In this document: in pieces, positions 37,689 through 47,074 of the stretch
How positions within the stretch are numbered: the stretch's first letter is position 1
Layout of the letters: each line of letters opens with the position of its first letter
Assembly (NCBI GenBank): GCA_902774275.1
Contig: CACYHN010000010.1
Location: forward strand, 7,074-71,073
DNA length: 64,000 bases
Direction: 5' to 3'
DNA from: an uncultured Bacteroidales bacterium
GTDB lineage: Bacteria; Bacteroidota; Bacteroidia; Bacteroidales; Bacteroidaceae
Notes under the pieces: generated by a model
Databases searched by the model: none
Seen by the model: only the letters and a program-made list of their open reading frames with translations
What the model was told of the DNA's origin: nothing
Program-made: the position numbers and the translations under genes

Positions 37689-39845
37689 TTAACTGAAAAT
37701 AACTTCACCGTTACGAGCGGAAGCTGTTATAGGCTTATTCCTATCCACCTGACCGGAAAGAATCATAGTTGACAGTTTATTCAGCAATAGGTTCTGCAAA
37801 GCCCGCTTAACAGGACGTGCGCCAAACTCAGGATCATATCCGGCCCTTGACATAAGTTCTACGGCAGATTCATCAACGTTAAGTGTGATTCCGTTCTCCT
37901 TGAGCATCTTGCATACTGAATTGACTTGCAGAGATACAATCTGTTTGATCTCATTCTCCTTAAGCGGCATGAATACCACTGTCTCGTCAATACGGTTCAG
38001 GAATTCAGGTCTGATGGTCTGCTTAAGCATCTCAAGCAAGTGCTTGCGGGTCTCTTCAAGCCATTGCTGACGGCTTTCATCAGATGTGCCTATTTGTGCA
38101 GACTTTTCACGTATATAGTCACTGCCCAGATTGCTGGTCATGATGATGATGGTGTTCTTGAAGTTGACGGTACGTCCTTTGTTATCGGTCAGACGGCCGT
38201 CATCAAGTACCTGAAGCAGTATGTTGAACACATCGGGGTGAGCCTTCTCAATCTCATCAAACAGCACTACGGAGTAGGGCTTACGCCTTACGGCCTCGGT
38301 AAGCTGGCCACCTTCATCATAACCAACGTATCCGGGAGGCGCTCCTATAAGACGTGTCACTGAGAACTTCTCCTGATACTCACTCATATCGATACGGGTC
38401 ATCAGTTTCTCATCATTGAACAGGTATTCTGCAAGTGCCTTGGCAAGTTCTGTCTTACCTACGCCTGTGGTACCCAGGAAAATGAAACTGCCTATAGGAC
38501 GTTTGGGATCCTGCAGACCGGCCCGGCTGCGGCGCACTGCGTTGGCTACGGCGCTTATAGCCTCTTCCTGGCCAACCACACGCTTGTGCAGTTCCTCTTC
38601 AAGATGGAGTAGTTTCTCACGCTCGCTCTCAAGCATACGGTTAACCGGTATGCCTGTCCAGCGTGAAACCACCTCTGCTATATCATCGGCGGTAACCTCC
38701 TCCTTTACAAGGGCGTTGTCACCCTGCTTGGAGTGGAGCTCCTCCTGGATGCGGGCTATATCGGCCTCCAATTCCTTGAGTTTGCCGTAACGGATCTCGG
38801 CCACGCGGCCATAGTTGCCGTCACGCTCGGCATTGTCGGCCTCAATCTTGAGTTGCTCAATGCTCTGCTTGTCCTGCTGTATACGTGATACAAGGTTCTT
38901 CTCTGATTCCCATTTCTCACGTATGCTCTTTTCCTGTTTCTGGAGATCCTCAATTTCAGCATTCAGTTGTTTGAGTTTTACCGTATCATTCTCACGTTTG
39001 ATGGCGGCACGCTCTATCTCAAGCTGTTTGAGCCTACGGGTTATCTCATCCAGTTCCTCAGGCACTGAATTACGCTCCATACGCAGTTTGGCTGCTGCCT
39101 CATCCATAAGGTCTATGGCCTTATCGGGCAGGAATCGGTCTGTGATATAACGGTTGGAGAGCTCTACAGCGGCTATCACAGCCTCATCCATGATACGAAC
39201 CTTGTGGTGGTTCTCATAGCGCTCCTTAAGTCCACGCAGTATGGATATTGAACTCTGTACATCCGGTTCATCAACCATTACTGTCTGGAATCGGCGCTCC
39301 AGAGCCTTATCCTTCTCAAAATACTTCTGATACTCGTTCAGGGTGGTGGCACCTATGGCACGCAGGTCACCACGGGCCAGGGCAGGCTTGAGGATGTTTG
39401 CGGCATCCATTGCGCCCTCACCGGCTCCTGCGCCTACCAGAGTGTGGATCTCATCAATGAACAGTATGAAATTTCCGTCTGACTGAATGACCTCATTGAT
39501 TACGCCTTTAAGACGCTCCTCAAATTCACCTTTATACTTGGCACCTGCTACCAGTGCACCCATATCAAGTGAATATACGGTCTTGGACTTAAGGTTCTCA
39601 GGTACATCACCGCGTACAATACGCTGTGCAAGACCCTCAATGATGGCGGTCTTACCGGTACCCGGCTCACCTATAAGTATAGGGTTGTTCTTGGTTCGGC
39701 GGCTCAGAATCTGTAGAACACGCCTTATCTCATCGTCTCGACCTATAACCGGATCGAGCTTGCCCTTGCGAGCCCGCTCATTAAGGTTAATGGCGAACTG
39801 CTCAAGGTTTTGCGGTTTGTTCTGATTGTTCTGGTTGTATTCCAT
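37689..39845 (-). CDS. clpB: ClpB-type AAA+ disaggregase lacking the N-terminal Clp_N domain
   Basis: 718 aa. It starts 14 aa before the conserved [29 protein letters not shown]. It has NBD1 Walker [10 protein letters not shown], a long coiled-coil M-domain, NBD2 Walker [10 protein letters not shown] and the C-terminal ARPVKRALQ. Only 134 nt separate it from the upstream gene. Confidence 0.88.
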   Translation of the reverse strand: MEYNQNNQNKPQNLEQFAINLNERARKGKLDPVIGRDDEIRRVLQILSRRTKNNPILIGEPGTGKTAIIEGLAQRIVRGDVPENLKSKTVYSLDMGALVAGAKYKGEFEERLKGVINEVIQSDGNFILFIDEIHTLVGAGAGEGAMDAANILKPALARGDLRAIGATTLNEYQKYFEKDKALERRFQTVMVDEPDVQSSISILRGLKERYENHHKVRIMDEAVIAAVELSNRYITDRFLPDKAIDLMDEAAAKLRMERNSVPEELDEITRRLKQLEIERAAIKRENDTVKLKQLNAEIEDLQKQEKSIREKWESEKNLVSRIQQDKQSIEQLKIEADNAERDGNYGRVAEIRYGKLKELEADIARIQEELHSKQGDNALVKEEVTADDIAEVVSRWTGIPVNRMLESEREKLLHLEEELHKRVVGQEEAISAVANAVRRSRAGLQDPKRPIGSFIFLGTTGVGKTELAKALAEYLFNDEKLMTRIDMSEYQEKFSVTRLIGAPPGYVGYDEGGQLTEAVRRKPYSVVLFDEIEKAHPDVFNILLQVLDDGRLTDNKGRTVNFKNTIIIMTSNLGSDYIREKSAQIGTSDESRQQWLEETRKHLLEMLKQTIRPEFLNRIDETVVFMPLKENEIKQIVSLQVNSVCKMLKENGITLNVDESAVELMSRAGYDPEFGARPVKRALQNLLLNKLSTMILSGQVDRNKPITASARNGEVIFS

Positions 39846-39979
39846 AGTTGTATGTTTTTGTTTCTATGGAATGACACGCAACAAGCAAGCCACAAGCCAT
39901 TCTGCGACAAAATGTCGTAGATGATTAGAGGTGTGCTGACATATTGACAATCAGCGCTTTATGGAAATAGAGGGAATGA

Positions 39980-40714
39980 TTAAGCCAGTCTTTGCTTAAC
40001 TATCTCATACATAAGGACTCCGGCAGCGACAGATACGTTCAGGGACTCTATCTTGCCCAGGATAGGGATGCGTGCCCATTCGTCACACAGTGCCAGGTGC
40101 TCTTGCGGAATACCTTTGTCCTCTGCTCCCATGATAAGGCAAACGGGACCGCGGTAATCACCTTTAGTATAGTCCTTATCACCTTTCTCGGTAGCTCCTA
40201 CAATACGGATTCCGCAGTTCTTGAGATATTTGATTGTTGAGCTTATCTGATTCTCGCGACATACGGGTAGGGTGTGCAGTGCTCCGGCCGATGTCTTTAT
40301 TGCATCGGCATTCACGCTTACGCTGTTCCTGGAAGGGATGATGATTGCATCCACACCGGCGCATTCAGCCGTACGGGCTATGGCACCGAAGTTACGTACA
40401 TCAGTCACGCCGTCAAGCAATATAAAGAACGGGTCCTTACCCTGTTCAAAGAGGGTGGGTACAAGGTCCTCAACGTGCTGGTATGTTATCTGGGTGGTAA
40501 ATGCTATTACCCCCTGGTGATTCTTGCGTGTTATGCGGTTTAGGCGCTCCACAGGCACTCTCTGGACTGGAATATCCAATCCTTTGATTGCTGCGAATAG
40601 CTCTCTTGAGAGCTCCCCCTGCATATCCTTCTTAATCAGCAGGCGATCAATTTCCTTGCCGGCTTCTACAGCCTCAATCACGGCACGTATGCCGAATATC
40701 ATCTCATCTTCCAT
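39980..40714 (-). CDS. rlmB: 23S rRNA (guanosine-2'-O)-methyltransferase, SpoU/TrmH family (RlmB-like)
   Basis: 244 aa with an N-terminal SpoU_sub_bind-like region (FGIRAVIEAVEAG) and SPOUT motifs (NFGAIARTA, LIMGAEDKGI, IPILGKIESLNVSVA). Confidence 0.8.
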   Translation of the reverse strand: MEDEMIFGIRAVIEAVEAGKEIDRLLIKKDMQGELSRELFAAIKGLDIPVQRVPVERLNRITRKNHQGVIAFTTQITYQHVEDLVPTLFEQGKDPFFILLDGVTDVRNFGAIARTAECAGVDAIIIPSRNSVSVNADAIKTSAGALHTLPVCRENQISSTIKYLKNCGIRIVGATEKGDKDYTKGDYRGPVCLIMGAEDKGIPQEHLALCDEWARIPILGKIESLNVSVAAGVLMYEIVKQRLA

Positions 40715-42377
40715 TGTTGTCTATCAGTGCTTTTGCGTTGTCAAGAGCAGCCTGTGTGAGTGTAGCGCCACTCATCATTGAGGCAATCTCGCGTATTCTT
40801 TCATCATAATCAAGAAGTGCAATCCTGGTGCGGGTGGCATCCTTCTCATCGGTCTTATATACTTTATAGTGTGTGCGCCCCAATGCGGCTATCTGCGGCA
40901 GGTGGGTTATGGCCAGAACCTGACGGCCGCCGCCTGCCATCTGCTCCATAAGGAGTGCCATCTTCTCAGCTACTGCACCTGATACTCCGGTATCAATCTC
41001 ATCAAAGATTATAGTGGGCAGTGTGCGCACCCCGGCTATCATTGTCTTTATGGATAGCATTACGCGGGCAATCTCACCGCCCGATGCCACTCCTGATATC
41101 TCCTGCATGGGCACAGCCTTGTTTGCTGAGAACATGAACCTGAGGTCGTCATGCCCGCTGCGGTCATAGCCTGTTGACGGGGTTATCTCTATTCCAAACT
41201 GGACATTGGGTATGCCTAAGGGCACAAGCAGCGCCTTTATCTGCTTAATAATGATGTCCGATGCCTTCTTGCGTGTATCAGTGAGCCGTATGGCTGCTTT
41301 CTCCATCTCCTTGAAGGCTGCGTTGACCTGTTGCTCAAGGCGTTTTATGTCATCCTCAAATGAGTCTGTGCGGTCCAGGCGGGAGCGGATAGATGCCGCA
41401 TACTCCAGAAGTTCAGCAATGCTGTTTTTCTTGTGCTTCTTAAGCAGAGAATATATAAGGTCAAGCCGCTCGTTGACCTGCTCCAGACGGGCAGGGTCAA
41501 AGTTTACCTTCTCCTGACAGTCAGCTACGGTGGCAGCTATGTCTCTCAGTTCAATGAGGCAGCTTTCAAGCCTTTCAGCCAGTTCTGTGGCATCAGGCAG
41601 GTTTTTCTGTGCGGAGCGGAGTGACTGAAGTGCTGTCTTTAACGCCTGTATTGCACCTCCGTCATCTGAGCCCTCCATTATCTCTGATGCACGGAACAGG
41701 TCCTGCTTTATCTCCTCGGCATGGTCAAGAATCTCTGATTCCTGCTCAAGCTGCTCCTGCTCACCGTCAGTGAGCCGTGCTTTTTCTATGCCTTCAAGCT
41801 GGAACTCCAGATAGCCGCGGTCTGTATTGTCTGATTCAAATTCCGATTTAAGACGTTCCAGTTCCGCCTTCAGGCCGTTCCATTTGTCAAAGCATGATTC
41901 ATACTCGGCCTTGACGGCGGTGTTGGCGGCAATTGTGTCAACTACCTCTGTCTGGAAAGACTCTGTGCCAAGAGCCAGATTCTGATGCTGGGAGTGTATG
42001 TCAATGAGACGGCACCCCAGTTCACGCATTACGGCGAGTGATACCGGAGTATCATTTATGAATGCGCGGCTCTTGCCTGACTGCATCAGTTCGCGGCGCA
42101 GGATAGTGTCATTGGGGTCATAGTCAAGACTGTTGTCAGTAAAGAATTGCTCCAAACCATAGCCATCGATAGAGAAACTGCCCTCAATGGTGCATTTATC
42201 GGCCCCTTGCATGATTGTCTTGGAATCAGCCCTGCCACCCAGCAGCAGGTTCATGGCACCAAGTATTATAGACTTACCGGCGCCTGTCTCACCGGTCATG
42301 ACAGAGAAACCTTCCCTGAAATCTATGTCCAGGCGGTCTATGAGAACGTAATTGCGTATGTGTACTTCCTTAAGCAT
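40704..42377 (-). CDS. recN: DNA repair protein RecN
   Basis: 557 aa with N-terminal Walker A GETGAGKSI, a long coiled-coil and the C-terminal signature/Walker B region (ASGGEIARVMLSIK, IIFDEIDTGVSG). Confidence 0.92.
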   Translation of the reverse strand: MLKEVHIRNYVLIDRLDIDFREGFSVMTGETGAGKSIILGAMNLLLGGRADSKTIMQGADKCTIEGSFSIDGYGLEQFFTDNSLDYDPNDTILRRELMQSGKSRAFINDTPVSLAVMRELGCRLIDIHSQHQNLALGTESFQTEVVDTIAANTAVKAEYESCFDKWNGLKAELERLKSEFESDNTDRGYLEFQLEGIEKARLTDGEQEQLEQESEILDHAEEIKQDLFRASEIMEGSDDGGAIQALKTALQSLRSAQKNLPDATELAERLESCLIELRDIAATVADCQEKVNFDPARLEQVNERLDLIYSLLKKHKKNSIAELLEYAASIRSRLDRTDSFEDDIKRLEQQVNAAFKEMEKAAIRLTDTRKKASDIIIKQIKALLVPLGIPNVQFGIEITPSTGYDRSGHDDLRFMFSANKAVPMQEISGVASGGEIARVMLSIKTMIAGVRTLPTIIFDEIDTGVSGAVAEKMALLMEQMAGGGRQVLAITHLPQIAALGRTHYKVYKTDEKDATRTRIALLDYDERIREIASMMSGATLTQAALDNAKALIDNNGR

Positions 42378-44458
42378 CAGTTTTGTGCCTTAATGGTATT
42401 CCAGTCATTAGAGAGTGAAGGGTTAATACGGTTAAGCAGCTCTATCACTTTGGTGCGTTCGCTCTCTATGCCGGCTGAATATATGCTTATCAATTCATTT
42501 TTCTTGATTTCCGTAAACAGTGTAGGTAGGGCCGATGTGCTCTTGGCCTGACGTGTCTGTTGTAACAGTTCCAGGCTCTCTGTTATGGATGCACGGCCTC
42601 GATCTGCATTTGTGGCCATGTCATCCAGCCCCTTGCGATGATAGTCATACTGCAACTGACGGAATGATGCCAGAGTACCGTTCATATAATCATTGATGAT
42701 TGAGTAGCGGTTGGCCTTTGTGTCAAATGAACGCCATCCGCCTCCTAAAGACTGTGAACTGGCTGCAATATTCTCTGCCTGCCTCAAAATGTCTGTTCCG
42801 CCTTTGGGTGACATGGCGTCAAAATCCAAACCTATGATAAGCAGACTGTAATATGCCAGTATTGCTGTCAGATTGTTGTCAGGAGTAAGGCCGGGCATAT
42901 ATTCTATCCGGTCCTGCTCCGTGTAGTTGAATTCCACGTCTGTATCACGGAAACTGAACAATGTAGTGTTATATGTGGAGCCGTAAACAGGGCGGCTGCT
43001 CTGAACGGTAAGTTCACATGTCATCTTGCCGGTCTGGGCTTCATATTTGTTCACCAGGAAATTGAAGTTGCACTGAATGCGTTCGTTCTCTGCAAAATGA
43101 TAACCTGTCCAGACCTGATGTGTCAGGAACTCTTTTATGGCGTTTTCCAGTGACTTGAATACATCCTTATCAGTACCTTGAATCTTTGATGTGTTGATTG
43201 TCAGGGTGGGGTTGAGTTCCTGAGCCTGTGCCCTGAAAGGCATTAAAAGGAAAGCTAGACAGAACAGCAGTCCGGTCAGTTTGCTGATTATGGCTTTTGC
43301 TACATCCTTTTTAGATTGGAGCGGTAACTCTTCACTCCCTTTGCGGTCTATCAGTGTTACCTTGTTGGTGTCATACCCGAATCCAGCGCCCTCATCACGT
43401 AGCGAGTTGAGCACTATGAAATCCAGGTTCTTGCGCTCCAGTTTACCCTGAGCATTGCTGAACTCGTCATTTGTCTCAAGCGCAAAACCTACCATACGTT
43501 GGTCAGGTCGCTTGATTGCACCTAATGATGCTGCAATGTCCGGGTTGGGTTTAAGCGTGAGGGTTATCTCACCTTTGCGTTTGATTTTGGTGTCCGATGT
43601 AACAGCAGGAGTGAAATCAGCTACGGCTGCACACAGTATTGCTGCATCAGAATTCGGGAAATGCTCCATCGCTGCCTCATACATCTGATGGGCCGATTTT
43701 ACATCAATTCTTTTTATTGCCGGATTAACGGTCTTGAGATTGACGGGGCCGGCAATCAATGTCACGTCAGCACCGCGTGAGGCACACTCCTCAGCCAACG
43801 CGAATCCCATCTTGCCGGTTGACCAGTTGCCTATAAAACGAACTGGGTCTATGGCCTCATAGGTAGGGCCCGCCGTTATCAGGATTTTTTTTTTTGAAAG
43901 CTGGGACTGCCTTGAGAAATATTCCTCCAGGACGGAAACGATTGTTTCCGGCTCCTGCATGCGGCCCTTACCTACAAGTTGGCTTGCAAGTTCTCCACTG
44001 GCCGGCTCAATGAATATGTTGCCGATAGAACTTAGAGTTTCTATGTTACGTTGGGTAACAGGATGGCTATACATATCCAGGTCCATGGCCGGTGCAATGA
44101 ATACCGGTGCCTTCATTGAGAAATATGTGGTAGCCAGCATATTGTCTGCAACGCCGCTTGCCATTTTCCCGAGCGTGGAGGCCGTGCAGGGTGCAATGAG
44201 CATAGCATCAGCCCACTGTCCCAGATCTACATGGCTGTTCCAAGAGCCGTCACGGCGGTCAAAGAATTCACTGACCACAGGCTTGCGGGTAAGTGTGGAT
44301 AGGGTTAGGGGAGTGATGAACTCCTTTGCGGCAGGTGTCATGACAACCTGGACCTCGGCTCCCTTCTTTATGAGCAGACGCACCAGATATGCGGCCTTGT
44401 AGGCAGCTATACTTCCGGTTACTCCCAGAACAATATGTTTACCGTTCAGTATCTCCAT
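42377..44458 (-). CDS. coaBC: In-frame fusion: bifunctional CoaBC (aa 1-~390) + signal-peptide-like hydrophobic segment + DUF4835-like domain (aa ~414-693)
   Basis: CoaC motifs are GVTGSIAAYKA and PAMDLDMY. CoaB motifs are ITAGPTYEAIDPVRFIGNWSTGKMG and AAVADF. The ORF then reads ISKLTGLLFCLAFLLMPFRAQAQE, followed by a ~280-aa region resembling the Bacteroidota DUF4835 family that normally follows coaBC as a separate gene. No stop or canonical start lies at the junction (~43288). Confidence 0.7.
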   Translation of the reverse strand: MEILNGKHIVLGVTGSIAAYKAAYLVRLLIKKGAEVQVVMTPAAKEFITPLTLSTLTRKPVVSEFFDRRDGSWNSHVDLGQWADAMLIAPCTASTLGKMASGVADNMLATTYFSMKAPVFIAPAMDLDMYSHPVTQRNIETLSSIGNIFIEPASGELASQLVGKGRMQEPETIVSVLEEYFSRQSQLSKKKILITAGPTYEAIDPVRFIGNWSTGKMGFALAEECASRGADVTLIAGPVNLKTVNPAIKRIDVKSAHQMYEAAMEHFPNSDAAILCAAVADFTPAVTSDTKIKRKGEITLTLKPNPDIAASLGAIKRPDQRMVGFALETNDEFSNAQGKLERKNLDFIVLNSLRDEGAGFGYDTNKVTLIDRKGSEELPLQSKKDVAKAIISKLTGLLFCLAFLLMPFRAQAQELNPTLTINTSKIQGTDKDVFKSLENAIKEFLTHQVWTGYHFAENERIQCNFNFLVNKYEAQTGKMTCELTVQSSRPVYGSTYNTTLFSFRDTDVEFNYTEQDRIEYMPGLTPDNNLTAILAYYSLLIIGLDFDAMSPKGGTDILRQAENIAASSQSLGGGWRSFDTKANRYSIINDYMNGTLASFRQLQYDYHRKGLDDMATNADRGRASITESLELLQQTRQAKSTSALPTLFTEIKKNELISIYSAGIESERTKVIELLNRINPSLSNDWNTIKAQN

Positions 44459-45222
44459 CAGCGAGACTGTAATTTTATTCTTGTAAGTACCTGCTTGGTG
44501 TTGAGCGCAAAGTCACCCTGGAGAATCCATGAATAATAACCCGGGTCACGGCGGAACACCTCAATAACTGGCATATCCTTGTATTTGCCAAAGTTGAAGA
44601 CCTCTTGTCCCTTGTCGTTCAGGACAATGCGGCCCGCAAAATCAACGTTACGTGTAAATGATGAGTATTCTGACAGCCATCCCATATCGTTCTTGAGGTT
44701 ATCGGGATAGCGGTCCAACTGGGCCATCAGCACCTCATAGGTGGCGCGGGTGTCACCGTCAGCGCTGTGTGCATCGGTCAGGTCCTTGCCGCAGTAGAAC
44801 TTGTATGCGGCGGTAAGGGTACGCTGCTCCATCTTGTGGAATATCACCTGCACATCAATGAAACGGTGGCGGCTCAGGTCTATGTCAACGCCGGCACGAA
44901 GGAACTCCTCAGCCAGCAGAGGCACATCAAAACGGTTTGAATTGAAACCTGCTATGTCACTTCCCTCAAAGTCACGTGCTATCTCCTTGGCTACCTCCTT
45001 GAAGGTGGGGCAGTCCTTCACGTCATCATCATATATTCCGTGTACGGCCGATGCCTGCTCCGGGATATGCATCTCGGGGTTGATACGGCGGGTATGCATA
45101 TCCTCATTACCGTTGGGTGAGACCTTGAGATATGAGATCTCCACTATGCGGTCCTGTACAGTGTTGGTGCCTGTGGTCTCCAGGTCAAAGAACACTACCG
45201 GTTTGTCAAGATTCAGTTTCAT
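44458..45222 (-). CDS. 3'-5' exonuclease, DnaQ/DEDDh family, with a C-terminal extension
   Basis: 254 aa with Exo I VFFDLETTG, Exo II GFNSNRFDVPLL and Exo III HSADGDTRATYEV. ATGA overlaps occur at both ends. Confidence 0.8.
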   Translation of the reverse strand: MKLNLDKPVVFFDLETTGTNTVQDRIVEISYLKVSPNGNEDMHTRRINPEMHIPEQASAVHGIYDDDVKDCPTFKEVAKEIARDFEGSDIAGFNSNRFDVPLLAEEFLRAGVDIDLSRHRFIDVQVIFHKMEQRTLTAAYKFYCGKDLTDAHSADGDTRATYEVLMAQLDRYPDNLKNDMGWLSEYSSFTRNVDFAGRIVLNDKGQEVFNFGKYKDMPVIEVFRRDPGYYSWILQGDFALNTKQVLTRIKLQSR

Positions 45223-46346
45223 CAGTCGTTCAGAACCATTGGCATGAGCAACATGAGCAGATTCTCACCTTCTGCCTGCTCTGTGGGAACAATCACACCT
45301 GCGCGTGAGGGATCAGCCAGCTGGATGGTAATCTCCTGGCTTGGAATGTTGTTCAGTATGTCAATCAGGAATGCAGCCTTGAAGCCTATGCTCATGGGTA
45401 TGCCTTCATACTGGCATGAGAGGCTCTCCTTGGCTGATGTTGAGAAATCTATATCCTGAGCTGATATATCAACCTTGTCCTTCTCAATGCGCAGCTTGAT
45501 AAGACCGCTGCTGGCGGGTGAGAACACTGATACGCGGCGCAGGGCTGTAACCAGAGTCTGACGGTCTATTATGAGGTGGTGAGGGTTGTTCTGCGGAATC
45601 ACAGAGCCGTAGTTGGGATAGCGGCCGTCAATGAGGCGGCATACCATACGGAACTCAGGCAGAGAGAAACGTGCTATGCGGCTGTCAAACTCAATGGTTA
45701 TGGTCTCAGCCTCCTTGCTTATAAGGGAGCGGAAGAGTGAAGCCGGCTTCTTGGGCAGTATGAATGATGACTTGCCGTCAGCCTTGACGTTGCTGTTGCG
45801 GTTGCATACCAGCTTGTGGCCATCGGAAGCAACGAATGTGGCGCCCTCCTCATTAATGTCAAAATAGATGCCGTTCATTACGGGACGGAGCTCATCATCA
45901 GCGGTGGCAAAGATTGTGCGTGCCAGGCCGTCAGACAGTATCTGGGCCGATATCTCAAGACTTACAGCATCCTCCTTGAGAACTGCGGGGGTGGGGTACT
46001 CATCGGCATTCTGGCCAACCATCTTGTACTCACCGTTCTGATAGTTTACTGTTATCTCATAGTTGCTTTCGTTTACGTTGAATGTGAGCGGCTGCTCCGG
46101 AATCTCCTTCAATGCGTCAAGCAGAGTCTTGGCGGGAAGTGCAATCTGGCCGTCGGCGCTTGATTCAACAAGGTCGATAATGGTCTCCAGGGTGGTGTCA
46201 TTATCGGCGGCTGTAACAGTCAGTTTGCCGTTTTCGATACGGAACAGGAAATCCTCAAGAATTGGGTAGATAGCCTTTGGGTTAATAACGCGGCTGATAG
46301 CTGATAAGCGGCTTGAAAGGGCCGAACTTGATACTGTGAAATTCAT
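45222..46346 (-). CDS. dnaN: DNA polymerase III subunit beta (sliding clamp)
   Basis: 374 aa with the three-domain clamp pattern. The N-terminal part reads SRLSAISRVI and the C-terminal part reads LLMPM. Confidence 0.9.
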   Translation of the reverse strand: MNFTVSSSALSSRLSAISRVINPKAIYPILEDFLFRIENGKLTVTAADNDTTLETIIDLVESSADGQIALPAKTLLDALKEIPEQPLTFNVNESNYEITVNYQNGEYKMVGQNADEYPTPAVLKEDAVSLEISAQILSDGLARTIFATADDELRPVMNGIYFDINEEGATFVASDGHKLVCNRNSNVKADGKSSFILPKKPASLFRSLISKEAETITIEFDSRIARFSLPEFRMVCRLIDGRYPNYGSVIPQNNPHHLIIDRQTLVTALRRVSVFSPASSGLIKLRIEKDKVDISAQDIDFSTSAKESLSCQYEGIPMSIGFKAAFLIDILNNIPSQEITIQLADPSRAGVIVPTEQAEGENLLMLLMPMVLND

Positions 46347-46407
46347 ATATGCTTATATTTTGTTTTTGCTATGTTTTGTTGCCTTTATGAAGGCGCGTTA
46401 ATTCATA

Positions 46408-46415
46408 CAAAGGTA
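46408..46415 (-). promoter_or_regulatory. Candidate -7 promoter box (TACCTTTG) for the dnaN operon
   Basis: The minus-strand sequence tacctttg matches TAnnTTTG, about 61 nt upstream of the dnaN ATG. Confidence 0.4.
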
Positions 46416-46544
46416 GTGAAAAGTAATGGTAAGCGGAAATAATTTGCACCTAAAAAATGAGTGGAAAAATGTTGAAACAAATTCTTAGTTGTGAGGGAAA
46501 ATAGTTGTAAATTCGCGGGAACAATTTTAAAAACACTCAGAATA

Positions 46545-46925
46545 ATGGATATTACAGGTAAAATTATTGCAGTTCTTGAGCCCCGTTCAGGTGTGGCCAA
46601 GGCATCAGGAAATCCGTGGAAGATACAGGAATACGTATTGGAGACAATCGGTGAGCAGTATCCCAAGAAGATGATGTTCAGTATCTTTGGTGAGGATAAG
46701 ATACAGCAGGCCGCCATCAATATAGGTGATGAGGTTGTAGTCAGTTTCGATATCAACGCCCGTGAATTCAACGGCCGCTGGTACAATGACATCCGCGCAT
46801 GGCGCGTAAGCCATGACGTTAACGGCGCCGCTCCTGCAGCCCAGCCTTACGTTCAGGCTGCTCCCGCCGCTGCAGCTCCGGATCCATTTGCTCCATCAAA
46901 CGAAAAGGACGACTTGCCATTCTGA
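46545..46925 (+). CDS. DUF3127-like small protein with an Ala/Pro-rich linker and an SSB-like acidic C-terminal tip (DDLPF)
   Basis: I prefer the ATG at 46545 (MDITGKIIAVLEPRSG...). The ~90-aa globular part matches my memory of DUF3127 (GNPWKIQEYVLET, FDINAREFNGRWYNDIRAWRV). The tail is NGAAPAAQPYVQAAPAAAAPDPFAPSNEKDDLPF*. Confidence 0.65.
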   Translation: MDITGKIIAVLEPRSGVAKASGNPWKIQEYVLETIGEQYPKKMMFSIFGEDKIQQAAINIGDEVVVSFDINAREFNGRWYNDIRAWRVSHDVNGAAPAAQPYVQAAPAAAAPDPFAPSNEKDDLPF

Positions 46926-46959
46926 CTTCGTCAGACTGACAAGTCAGTAACCTTTTTTT
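46921..46959 (+). terminator. Hairpin cluster + T7 run after the DUF3127 gene
   Basis: It contains tctgac-ttc-gtcaga (46921-46935, including the stop codon) and actgac-aa-gtcagt, then taacc-ttttttt. Confidence 0.5.
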
Positions 46960-47035
46960 AGTTTGCTCCGCAAACGGGGCTCCCTCCGGTCGCGTTGACT
47001 TCGTCAACCATAACTGCAGAGGGATGTTTTTTTTC

Positions 47036-47071
47036 AGTACCAAAGGGGTTTGTCCCCATTGGTACTCTTTT
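47036..47071. terminator. Bidirectional terminator hairpin in the convergent intergenic region
   Basis: The stem is agtaccaaagggg / ccccattggtact (13 positions, one A.A mismatch) with loop tttgt. It is preceded by tttttttt and followed by ctttt, 4 nt before the stop of the 47075 gene. Confidence 0.7.
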
Positions 47072-47074
47072 GTG

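Noticed and set aside
37514-37708. 64-aa ORF in the AT-rich clpB/tRNA intergenic region
   Set aside because: It overlaps the clpB 3' end and terminator hairpin. It has low-complexity AT-driven composition and no start context or motif.
46926-47035. Series of small hairpins (gtttgc-tcc-gcaaac at 46961-46975; gttgac-ttc-gtcaac at 46994-47008) as a structured sRNA
   Set aside because: The stems are only 6 bp and there are no promoter motifs. The region lies between two convergent terminators and more likely belongs to 3' UTR or terminator structure.
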